Assembly: GCA_963805085.1 (NCBI GenBank)
Contig: CAWDTA010000002.1
Location: 1,591,478 to 1,655,477 of the forward strand
DNA: 64,000 bases
From: an uncultured Veillonellaceae bacterium
GTDB taxonomy: Bacteria; Bacillota; Negativicutes; JARBTT01
Direction: 5' to 3'
This document shows positions 1-7,800 of this stretch, piece after piece. The notes below the pieces were generated by a model, which searched no databases, was not told where the DNA came from, and saw only the letters and a program-made list of their open reading frames with translations. Both the position numbers and the translations under genes were made by a program. Position 1 is the stretch's first letter; each line of letters opens with the position of its first letter.

Positions 1-5
1 CTTGC

Positions 6-956
6 GTGATTGGCAAAAAGAAAATCAAAGCAAATGATCTGCCAACAACTGCCTATATCATGCTCGGAGAAAAGTGTAAAAATAACTGTCAATTTTGTGC
101 GCAATCGCGAGAAAGTAGTGCTCGGACAGATCTGCTTTCACGGGTGACTTGGCCAATTATTGATAGCGAAGAAGCCGTACATGGCATTGATAATGCATAT
201 GAAGCAGGAACCATAAAACGAGCCTGTTTGCAGGTCGTAGATAACCCAGATAGTTGGGATACTACGGTGAGTGCCTTAGATTTATTACATAACAGCAGTA
301 AAGTGCCGATTTGTGTTTCTAGTCATTTAGAAACGGTAGAAGAGGCAAAAAAACTGGTGGCAAGAGGTGCGCAGCGAGTTTGTATTGCACTAGATGCCGT
401 TACCCCAGACTTATATGCAAAGGTAAAAAACGGTGATTGGGCTACTAAGTGGAATCTGCTACTAGCATGTGCAAAAAACTTGCCGGGACGTATCACTACG
501 CATCTCATCGTCGGCTTAGGCGAAAGCGAAGAAGAGATGGTAGAGCGGATGGCAAGCTGCATTGACAAAGGGATCAGCATTGGTTTATTTGCTTTTACGC
601 CTGTGCGCGGTACTGCTTTGGCAGATAAATTACCGCCATCAATTGGTCAATATCGGCGTATTCAGATTGCACATCGTTTGCTTCAACGTGGCTATCAGCA
701 AGAGGTTATTGGTTATGAAAATAGCTGTATTGACGAGTTTAAAGTACCAGAAGTAGAACTTTTATCTATATTGATGGATGGCAAAGCTTTTCAAACAAGT
801 GGCTGTGCGGATTGCAATCGTCCTTATTATAATGAACGTCCCGGTGGCATTATTTATAATTATCCTCGTCCTCTTACTCCTATTGAAGTTACCAAGGCGA
901 TTGAAGAGTGCGGGATCGTGAGGAGAGAGTCTTATGAACTGGCGAGTTATTCATAG
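6..956 (+). CDS. radical SAM enzyme, BioB/LipA-like (candidate LipS-type lipoyl synthase component)
   Basis: 316-aa ORF with the CX3CX2C motif CKNNCQFC near the N-terminus. It overlaps the downstream lipoate-ligase-family gene by 23 nt. The start is at the window edge, so the N-terminus may be incomplete. Confidence 0.7.
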   Translation: MIGKKKIKANDLPTTAYIMLGEKCKNNCQFCAQSRESSARTDLLSRVTWPIIDSEEAVHGIDNAYEAGTIKRACLQVVDNPDSWDTTVSALDLLHNSSKVPICVSSHLETVEEAKKLVARGAQRVCIALDAVTPDLYAKVKNGDWATKWNLLLACAKNLPGRITTHLIVGLGESEEEMVERMASCIDKGISIGLFAFTPVRGTALADKLPPSIGQYRRIQIAHRLLQRGYQQEVIGYENSCIDEFKVPEVELLSILMDGKAFQTSGCADCNRPYYNERPGGIIYNYPRPLTPIEVTKAIEECGIVRRESYELASYS

Positions 957-1758
957 TGGAATTGCGAATGCTATAGCAAATATGGCAATTGATGAAGCCA
1001 TATTACTGTCACACAGTGCAGGGAAAGTTCCCCCGACACTCAGATTCTATGGGTGGAAGCCAGCCGCAGTTAGTTTAGGCTATTTTCAACGATCTAGGTC
1101 TGAAATAGATTTAGATCAATGTAAAGAACAGCAAATTGATGTAGTGCGAAGATTAACTGGTGGCAGAGCAGTATTGCATGATGCCGAGCTAACCTATAGC
1201 ATCGTAGTTCGGGAAGATGATCCGCAGATTCCGCGAACCATCACGGCATCTTATTGTTATTTCAGTAAGGGACTCTTAGCAGGTCTTGAAAAACTGGGTA
1301 TCAATGCGGAAATGACTGTACCGCTCGCGGCGTATGGACAGAAAAAAAAGCAACCTGCGTCAGCGGCTTGCTTTGATGCACCTTCTCATTATGAACTTAC
1401 CGTAGCGGGGCGAAAGTTAGTAGGAAGTGCCCAAGTGCGCAAAAATGGCGTTATCTTACAGCATGGATCATTGCTTCTTCGATTTTCCGCTGAGCAGTTC
1501 GTAGACTTATTGCGAATGCAATCAGAAGAAAAACGGGAGCAAACGATTCACATGTTAAAGAGCAGGGCAACTTCCCTTGAAGAAGTGCTAGGAAGATCAG
1601 TTACCTGGGAGGAAGTGTATCGTCCTATGCCAGAAGCGTTTGCGTCTGCGCTAGGAATTCAGCTAGAGCAGGGAGAGCTTACCGCGGAAGAACAGGCGAT
1701 AAGTAATGAACTTGCCGCCACAAAATACAGTCAGGATTCTTGGAATATACTGCGCTAA
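934..1758 (+). CDS. lipoate-protein ligase / octanoyltransferase family protein (short form, LipM/sLpl size)
   Basis: 274 aa with BPL/LPL catalytic-domain-like motifs (RFYGWKP..VSLGYFQ, RRLTGGRAVLHD, GRKLVGSAQ with the conserved Lys). AGGAGA RBS upstream of the ATG. Confidence 0.8.
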   Translation: MNWRVIHSGIANAIANMAIDEAILLSHSAGKVPPTLRFYGWKPAAVSLGYFQRSRSEIDLDQCKEQQIDVVRRLTGGRAVLHDAELTYSIVVREDDPQIPRTITASYCYFSKGLLAGLEKLGINAEMTVPLAAYGQKKKQPASAACFDAPSHYELTVAGRKLVGSAQVRKNGVILQHGSLLLRFSAEQFVDLLRMQSEEKREQTIHMLKSRATSLEEVLGRSVTWEEVYRPMPEAFASALGIQLEQGELTAEEQAISNELAATKYSQDSWNILR

Positions 1759-1799
1759 TACGATTCATAGCAAATAGCGAAACCGAGGGAGGGGAAAAT

Positions 1800-3200
1800 A
1801 TGCAATATGATGTAGCAGTGATTGGTGGCGGCCCCGGTGGCTATGTTGCTGCCATACGAGCCGCTCAATTAGGTGGAAAGGTTTTATTAGTCGAAAAAGA
1901 TAAATTGGGTGGAGTGTGTCTAAACCGTGGTTGCATACCAACGAAGACGTTATTAAAGAGTGCGGAAAAATGGCAGGAGCTTAAAAAGTGTACTGAATTT
2001 GGTTTACAGGCGGATAATATAGGCTTTAACTTTGATGCGATTATGGAACGGAAAAATCAAGTGGTCAGCAAATTGCGGGGTGGGGTTGAGCAGTTGGTTA
2101 AAAGCAACGCGATAGAATTGATATATGGGACGGCGATGCTAGAGGATGCGCATCATTTGAGTGTTGAGGAAGATGATGGGCAAATCAGCTATGAAGCAAA
2201 AAACATTATTATTGCTACAGGATCTGTGCCGATGAGTCTACCCATACCAGGGCGGGAATTATCTGACGTCATTGACAGCAATCAGCTACTAGAAATGACT
2301 GAGGTACCACGCAGTATGATTGTAATCGGCGGCGGTGCTGTAGGTATAGAATTTGCTGCTATTTTTCAATCCTTTGGTTGCGAAGTTACTGTAGTAGAGA
2401 TGCTCCCAACGATTTTACCGAATGTCGATAGTGACTTAGTAAAACGAGTAGGTATTCCGATACGTAAACAGGGCATTAAAATGCTGACCAAGACAAAAGT
2501 AACGAGTATCGAAGAGAGTGCTGACGGTGTTAAAGTTTTCCTTGATAATGGCAAGGGACTCCAAGTGCTTGCTGTAGAAAAAGTATTAATAGCAACTGGA
2601 CGAAAACCTGTAGTAGAGGGACTTGGTCTTGAAACCGCAGGAGTCGAGTATAGCAAGCGCGGTATCAAAGCGAATGAAAAAATGGAGACCAATATAGCAG
2701 GCATTTATGCCATCGGTGATACAACTGGACAAGAAATGTGGGCACACGCCGCTTCAGCAGAAGGCATGGTTGCCGCCGAAAACGCAATGGGCGGAAATAC
2801 TACCATGGATTACAGCGCAGTGCCGGGCTGTATATTTACTTCGCCAGAAATAGCGATGGTTGGAATTACGGAGCAAGCGGCTGAGGAGCAAAACATAGCG
2901 ATAAAGGTTAGCAAATTTAACTTCGCCAGCAATGGCAAGGCTGTTTCGATGGGTGAAACAGATGGACTAGTGAAAATCATCACCAACGCCAATAATGACA
3001 AGATCATAGGCATGCACATCCTCGGCGCCCACGCCAGTGACCTCATCATGGAAGGCGCAATCGCCATTCGTAATGGCCTAAAGGCAGAAGATATCGCGAA
3101 AACGATTCATCCCCATCCAAGTCTATCCGAGACAGTAATGGAAAGCGCCCATGGGATAGATGGGGATATGATTCATCAGGTGTTGTTGAAGGGACGGTAG
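1800..3200 (+). CDS. lpd: dihydrolipoyl dehydrogenase (E3 component)
   Basis: GGGPGGY FAD fold, redox disulfide CLNRGCIPTK, second dinucleotide fold GGGAVGIE, C-terminal HPHPSLSE. ATG 1800 is preceded by GAGGGAGGGG; the ORF-track start at 1740 has no RBS. Confidence 0.9.
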   Translation: MQYDVAVIGGGPGGYVAAIRAAQLGGKVLLVEKDKLGGVCLNRGCIPTKTLLKSAEKWQELKKCTEFGLQADNIGFNFDAIMERKNQVVSKLRGGVEQLVKSNAIELIYGTAMLEDAHHLSVEEDDGQISYEAKNIIIATGSVPMSLPIPGRELSDVIDSNQLLEMTEVPRSMIVIGGGAVGIEFAAIFQSFGCEVTVVEMLPTILPNVDSDLVKRVGIPIRKQGIKMLTKTKVTSIEESADGVKVFLDNGKGLQVLAVEKVLIATGRKPVVEGLGLETAGVEYSKRGIKANEKMETNIAGIYAIGDTTGQEMWAHAASAEGMVAAENAMGGNTTMDYSAVPGCIFTSPEIAMVGITEQAAEEQNIAIKVSKFNFASNGKAVSMGETDGLVKIITNANNDKIIGMHILGAHASDLIMEGAIAIRNGLKAEDIAKTIHPHPSLSETVMESAHGIDGDMIHQVLLKGR

Positions 3201-3241
3201 TAGTAGGTTCATCAATCAATTTAATATGCAATGACTTTTAA

Positions 3242-3266
3242 CCCGCGAATTTCGCGGGTTTTTACT
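3242..3266 (+). terminator. rho-independent terminator of lpd
   Basis: Perfect hairpin ACCCGCGAA/TTCGCGGGT followed by TTTTT. Confidence 0.85.
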
Positions 3267-3465
3267 TTGTTGTTTTGAAAGAATTCGGGGAGTTTAATCA
3301 GTGAAAGCAAAATTTAGCGGATGGCGTATTTCTGAGATTATTATTTCGTCAAGATTGTCTATGTATAATGTATTAATTTGCAGGAATTTGTATTGTTTAA
3401 ATGGAATTTTACAAATTAAGAATTAAATGTAAAATTTAATTGCTTTAATTGAAAGGACGGAAAAT

Positions 3466-3552
3466 ATGTATTTTAAGTTGATTAGAATAGTTTTTGTTGT
3501 AGTAATGTTTATAATGGGAACCATTTGCGGAGATCAAACTGCATTTGCCTAA
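3466..3552 (+). CDS. 28-codon ORF that is essentially only a signal peptide (MYFKLIRIVFVVVMFIMGTICGDQTAFA); possibly a truncated gene
   Basis: GAAAGGACGG RBS-like stretch 5 nt upstream of the ATG. Hydrophobic core plus AFA (AXA) cleavage-like end. The stop codon directly abuts the left inverted repeat of the transposase unit. Confidence 0.25.
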   Translation: MYFKLIRIVFVVVMFIMGTICGDQTAFA

Positions 3553-4416
3553 TGTCACGGGGACGGGGTTACTGACAACGTTTTTGCTGTGAAATAAGAT
3601 CAACTGGGGGTGTAATGCATGGCGAGAAAGGCTAGAGAGAAAAGCGAAAGTGAAATTTATCATATAATTATGAGGGGAATAAACCGACAGACGATTTTTG
3701 AGGATGAAGAGGATTGTACCCAATTTCTTCAAACGCTCCAGAGATACAAAGAAAAAAGCGGATACCAAATTTATGCCTATTGTTTGATGGGAAATCATGT
3801 GCACCTGCTGTTGAAAATTGGACTAGAACCATTAGAACAAGTGATGCGGCGGCTATGTGGCAGCTATGTATATTGGTATAATAGTAAGTATCAGAGAGTA
3901 GGCAATCTATTTCAGGATCGATTTAAAAGCGAACCAGTAAAAGACGATGAATATTTTCAAATTGTGCAAAGATATATACATCAAAATCCAGTAAAAGCAG
4001 GGATGGTAAAACATGCGGAAGAATATAAATGGAGCAGCTTTTATGAATATGTAAATAAGGCAGATTTGGTAGATGTAAATTTCTCTCTTGGAATGATAAG
4101 CAATGATAGAGGAAAGGCAATACAGACTTTCATGCAATATACCAATGAAGTGAATGATCATGCATGTATAGATATAGATAACGAAACCAAACTGCGAATT
4201 ACAGACGAAGAAGCAAGGGCTATAATAAAAACAGAATGTAGAGTAAAGAACGTAAAAGATTTACAGAATCTTGATGCAATAACAAGAAATGAATACTTAA
4301 GAAAGCTAAAAAGTAAATATAACTTATCAATTCGACAAATTGAAAGAATTACGGGTATTAACAGAGGTATTGTTTTAAAAGCATGAAGCGATGTCAATAA
4401 CCCCGTCCCCTTGACA
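3553..4416 (+). mobile_element. Y1 (IS200-like / REP-associated-type) transposase unit bounded by 25-nt inverted repeats
   Basis: Left TGTCACGGGGACGGGGTTACTGACA (3553-3577). Right TGTCAATAACCCCGTCCCCTTGACA (4392-4416), whose reverse complement matches the left repeat at 23/25 positions. Confidence 0.6.
3619..4386 (+). CDS. IS200-like Y1 transposase-domain protein with C-terminal HTH region
   Basis: 255 aa. N-terminal YHIIMRGINRQ..IYAYCLMGNHVHLLL (HuH motif) and ..YIHQNPVKAGMV..YKWSS (Tyr region), typical of Y1_Tnp/RayT-like proteins. C-terminal ...LSIRQIERITGINRGIV is HTH-like. Confidence 0.75.
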   Translation: MARKAREKSESEIYHIIMRGINRQTIFEDEEDCTQFLQTLQRYKEKSGYQIYAYCLMGNHVHLLLKIGLEPLEQVMRRLCGSYVYWYNSKYQRVGNLFQDRFKSEPVKDDEYFQIVQRYIHQNPVKAGMVKHAEEYKWSSFYEYVNKADLVDVNFSLGMISNDRGKAIQTFMQYTNEVNDHACIDIDNETKLRITDEEARAIIKTECRVKNVKDLQNLDAITRNEYLRKLKSKYNLSIRQIERITGINRGIVLKA

Positions 4417-4488
4417 CAATTAATGACTATCAATGGAGAAGGACGCCGCTGAAAGATGAGGATAGGCAGTAACTTTACTTAAACGAAA

Positions 4489-4839
4489 ATGGAGGATAAG
4501 CATATTAAACTATTATTTATATGCAGTAAAAATAGATGGCGAAGCTTGACAGCGGAAAAAGTGTTTCAGGGTATTAATGGTTATGAAGTGAAGTCGGCAG
4601 GGACAGAGGAAAAAGCCCGTATTAAAGTAACGGGCGGACATATCGGCTGGGCAGATTTAATTTTTGTAATGGAAAAGAAACATGTAAGAAGGTTACAAGA
4701 GAAATTCAGGGATAGTCTTGATAATAAGAAAATTGTGTGTCTTAATATCCCTGATGATTATCAATTTATGGATCGTGAATTAATTGAAATTCTGATATCT
4801 ACAGTTTCAGAATATATTGAATTACCGATAACGATTTAG
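4489..4839 (+). CDS. small low-molecular-weight phosphotyrosine-phosphatase-like protein
   Basis: 116 aa. N-terminal P-loop LLFICSKNRWRS (C-X5-R-S). No clear RBS. Confidence 0.6.
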   Translation: MEDKHIKLLFICSKNRWRSLTAEKVFQGINGYEVKSAGTEEKARIKVTGGHIGWADLIFVMEKKHVRRLQEKFRDSLDNKKIVCLNIPDDYQFMDRELIEILISTVSEYIELPITI

Positions 4840-5395
4840 CTCATAGGGGGACAGTAACCTGTCGTGCGCCACGAAAGCGAAGATGCTTAAGCATCTCTAT
4901 GCTTAACTAGAGATGGAGGAAGGCCCTCCGAAGTCGCCATACAGGTGGAGACTTCAAACCACCGTAAGCTGCTGCGGTCAAAAGCCGTGGTGGTGAGCGT
5001 TACGGGAAAAGGCGAAACAAGATTTCGTTAGGTAAGTGCCAATGGAGACGAACAAAATTGAACCGCTGTAGAAGTATCGAAACTTGCAAATGTCGTCAAA
5101 ACCGGGTTCTGACAGGTAGTCCGGGATGAATCTGGAGGAAACCTGATTACTGTCCAGATGGCGTCCGGTATAGAGGCGGCGTGAACGTGGCACAGGCTTT
5201 AGTTAGGAACGTGGGAACCTACGACCCTGATGATAAAGGAAAAGTCTCAAGCGGAGAACCCGCAAGGACGAAAGTACAGATGCAGGGTATAGGGGCGGAA
5301 CAGTCTGTAGTAGTGATGAAAATCCGTAATGGGAATGGAGCAAAGGGACTGTGTTATCTAGTTTTGAACACTGGTCAACCAAAAGGGAGGAGCCT

Positions 5396-6644
5396 ATGAA
5401 CAAAACAAAACCGTTTGAAATTTCCAAGAAAGTAGTAATAAAAGCATACGAACAAATAAAAGCGAATAAGGGAACAGCGGGAATTGATGGTGTATCTGTA
5501 GAAAAATTCGAAAAAAAACATGAAAAATAACTTGTATAAACTGTGGAATCGAATGTCATCAGGATGTTACTTTCCTTCTCCTGTCAAAGCGGTAGAAATA
5601 CCGAAGAAAAGTGGAGGGAAAAGAACACTTGGCATACCAACGGTAACCGACCGAATCGCTCAGATGGTAGTCAAACTATACTTTGAACCAGAAGTAGAAC
5701 CATATTTTAGTCAAGATTCCTATGGTTATAGACCTGGAAAGTCAGCAATAGACGCAATTGATATAACTAGGAGAAGATGTTGGAAATATGATTGGGTATT
5801 AGAGTTCGACATTAAAGCATTGTTTGATAACATAGACCATGAGCTACTTATGCGTGCGGTAACTCAGCATACGGATAATCAGTGGATTATTCTGTATATT
5901 ACCAGATGGTTAAGTAGTCCATTTCAAACATCCGAAGGCAAAACCATAGAGCGAACAGCCGGCACACCACAAGGTGGAGTAATCAGTCCAGTACTAGCAA
6001 ATCTATTTTTGCACTATGCATTTGACAAATGGATGGAAAGGAGCAATCCCCAGAATCCGTGGGCGAGATATGCAGATGATGGGATAATCCACTGTAAAAC
6101 TAAAGAAGAAGCAGAAAAACTACTCATAGGATTAAAGGGAAGATTTGCAGAATGCAAATTAGAGCTGCATCCAGATAAAACGAGAATTGTTTACTGTAAA
6201 GATGAAAAGCGTACAGGTGACCATCAACATATACAATTTGATTTCTTAGGATACACTTTCCGCCCAAGAAGCTCACAGAGCAAGAACGGTGAGCGATTTC
6301 TCAATTTCCTACCAGCAGTAAGCAATAAAGCTGTAAAAGCAATGGGGCAAACCATAAGACAATGGAAAATCCATCGGATGACAGAAAAGGAACTGGTGGA
6401 TATAGCCCAGATGGTCAATCCTGTAGTTAGAGGTTGGATAAACTATTACGGCTGTTTTTACAAATCAGCAATGAATGTAATATTACACAAACTAAATTGG
6501 ACACTGATTAGATGGATGGTAAAGAAGTATAAGAGACTAAAATCTAGCAAAAGACGTGCCCGAAACAAGCTAAGGGAAATGGCACAGAGCAAGCAGAAAT
6601 TATTTGTTCATTGGCGAATGGAAATTATTCCAACGGTTAGATGA
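5396..6644 (+). pseudogene. group II intron reverse transcriptase/maturase, split by a +1 frameshift in an A8 run
   Basis: A 44-codon ORF (MNKTKPFEISKK...GIDGVSVEKFEKKHEK*) in frame 2 continues in frame 0 as MKNNLYKLWNRMSSG.... The run G-A8-C lies at 5510-5519; removing one A gives a continuous protein of about 415 aa. RT motifs include YADDGIIHC, and an X/maturase-like C-terminus follows. Confidence 0.8.
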
Positions 6645-6647
6645 TGG

Positions 6648-6718
6648 GAGCCGGATGAATTGAGAGGTTCAAGTCCGGTTCTGAGAGAGCCTGAGGGTGA
6701 AACTCCCTCGGGCTACTT
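6648..6718 (+). ncRNA. group II intron domains V and VI
   Basis: DV is GAGCCGGAUGAAUUGAGAGGUUCAAGUCCGGUUC, with the AGC triad, a GAGA (GNRA) tetraloop and a 2-nt AA bulge. DVI stem 6685-6697/6705-6718 has an unpaired A at 6715. Confidence 0.85.
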
Positions 6719-6960
6719 GCCCCTGTGTCCCATTGAAATCCCGACAATTTTATTTGATAAAGCAATGAAGAATATAATAAAAAATCTTGTACCAATACGG
6801 CCAAATAGAAGTCTTCTCGAAGAGAGACTTCAAGAAAAAATAAATATCCAGTTAACAAGAAATGCTGTCAAAGAGGATTATAACCTTTCTTTGGCTTCTT
6901 TAAAGTTTTCAAGGGTGAAAACTTTATGCTTGCATTTTGTCCAAAAATGGTATATATTTG

Positions 6961-7000
6961 AATTGTAATTAATTGCAATTAATTACAATTAATTGCGATT
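6961..7000. repeat. four tandem 10-bp AATTRYRATT units
   Basis: AATTGTAATT AATTGCAATT AATTACAATT AATTGCGATT, with 10-bp (one helical turn) phasing. The second unit is a perfect palindrome. Confidence 0.7.
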
Positions 7001-7630
7001 ATGGATGGATTTTCTTATAAGGTCAGCGTCAAGAAAGTGCTAATTTAATACTTTGCTGTATTTTGGATGAAGGTAGCTCTTTAGAGCTGGTTTGTAGGAG
7101 CAGATTTCAACTGCTTCAGTCCGAAAGGTTGCGGTGGTGAATGTTATGGAAAAATACGGGATATATTTCGACATGTATGGCTTAGAGAGACGAACGAAAG
7201 TAAACCATTTTATTTGTAGAAAAATGTAAAGCTTATTCGCAAAATAAAGTGAAAATTGACAGAGAAATATAATGTAAATAATAAAAATATAATTATTATT
7301 ATAAAATATTTGGAAAACAAGAAAGAATGGCTGTATGTGGCACTTTGGCCTGTCTGGAACTAGTACTGTAACCACCCATTTCTTATTTGAGGGTTCTTTA
7401 TTTCTAAAGGAAGCAGAAAAATTTTGTTTCGTGATACAGAAAATGAAAAGGAACAGGCTGAAAAAAGGTAGAGAGTGCCAATACCTCGTCCCCCTGCCAC
7501 GTCGAATTGGCAGGATAGTGTTTTTGACGTATCTGTAAGAGCATTATGGTGTTTGTTGGGTTGCGTTAACTACACTTATACTTTTAGGATTTATTTTTGA
7601 CATTCTAAGTAGATTGGCAAAATAAATTAA

Positions 7631-7644
7631 TTTGTCGCGACAAA
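7631..7644. promoter_or_regulatory. perfect 14-bp palindrome in the lasso precursor leader (candidate operator or 5'-UTR hairpin)
   Basis: TTTGTCGCGACAAA lies 42 nt upstream of the precursor ATG. A TTGACA hexamer sits at 7597-7602. Confidence 0.35.
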
Positions 7645-7686
7645 AAATTAAGGTTAAATTTTAACTGAAAGAAGGGAGGGTGCAGA

Positions 7687-7794
7687 ATGAAAAAGTATCA
7701 AGCTCCTAAAGTTATAGTGCTTGGCAATGTCCTTGAGTTGACACTGGGCTGGGGAATGTATGGTAAAAAGGATATGACAAACTGGTATTATTAA
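7687..7794 (+). CDS. lasso peptide precursor (35 aa): leader MKKYQAPKVIVLGNVLELTL, core GWGMYGKKDMTNWYY
   Basis: Not in the ORF track. GAAGGGAGGG RBS 6 nt upstream of the ATG. The leader fits YxxPx(L/V)x3Gx5Tx, with Thr at -2. The core starts with Gly and its only acidic residue is Asp9. Bulky W13/Y14/Y15 follow. The gene sits directly upstream of the cyclase. Confidence 0.85.
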   Translation: MKKYQAPKVIVLGNVLELTLGWGMYGKKDMTNWYY

Positions 7795-7800
7795 GCAATA

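Larger units (their letters stand above)
4864..6722 (+). mobile_element. bacterial group II intron (ribozyme plus intron-encoded RT/maturase, no En domain)
   Basis: 5' GTGCG at 4864. RT ORF with YADD motif. Canonical 34-nt domain V (6648-6681) and domain VI with a bulged A (6715). The 3' boundary is estimated as +/-5 nt from the branch-A geometry. Confidence 0.85.

Noticed and set aside
1740-1799. ORF-track N-terminal extensions of lpd (1740), ileS (16112), the permease (30192), licT (34564), the GGDEF protein (53575) and the GerA subunit (53267).
   Set aside because: In each case an internal start has a clear Shine-Dalgarno sequence and matches the family's usual N-terminus. The extensions overlap upstream genes, terminators or leader RNAs.
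4978-5559. ORFs 4978-5193(-), 5181-5399(+) and 5203-5559(-).
   Set aside because: They lie inside group II intron ribozyme domains I-IV and overlap the start of the IEP. None has an RBS, and they show no recognisable protein features.
5396-6644. The reverse transcriptase as a retron or diversity-generating retroelement.
   Set aside because: It is flanked by a GTGCG 5' end and canonical DV/DVI. The YADD RT is followed by a maturase-like X domain, and there is no msr/msd-like or TR/VR repeat structure.
6661-6681. GGTTCAAGTCC, resembling a tRNA T-arm.
   Set aside because: It is the 3' strand of intron domain V (AGC triad, GNRA loop, 2-nt bulge all present). No acceptor, D or anticodon arms can be drawn around it.
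6660-6968. 102-aa ORF starting inside the intron.
   Set aside because: It begins within domain V/VI RNA and runs through the 3' splice site into AT-rich non-coding DNA. No RBS.
7338-7353. TGGCAC as a possible sigma-54 -24 element upstream of the lasso cluster.
   Set aside because: The -12 position reads CCTGT instead of TTGCW after the 5-nt spacer.
7040-7538. ORFs 7040-7375(-) and 7335-7538(+) upstream of the lasso cluster.
   Set aside because: Low-complexity, AT-driven translations (runs of I/F/Y/N/K) with no RBS and no recognisable motifs.
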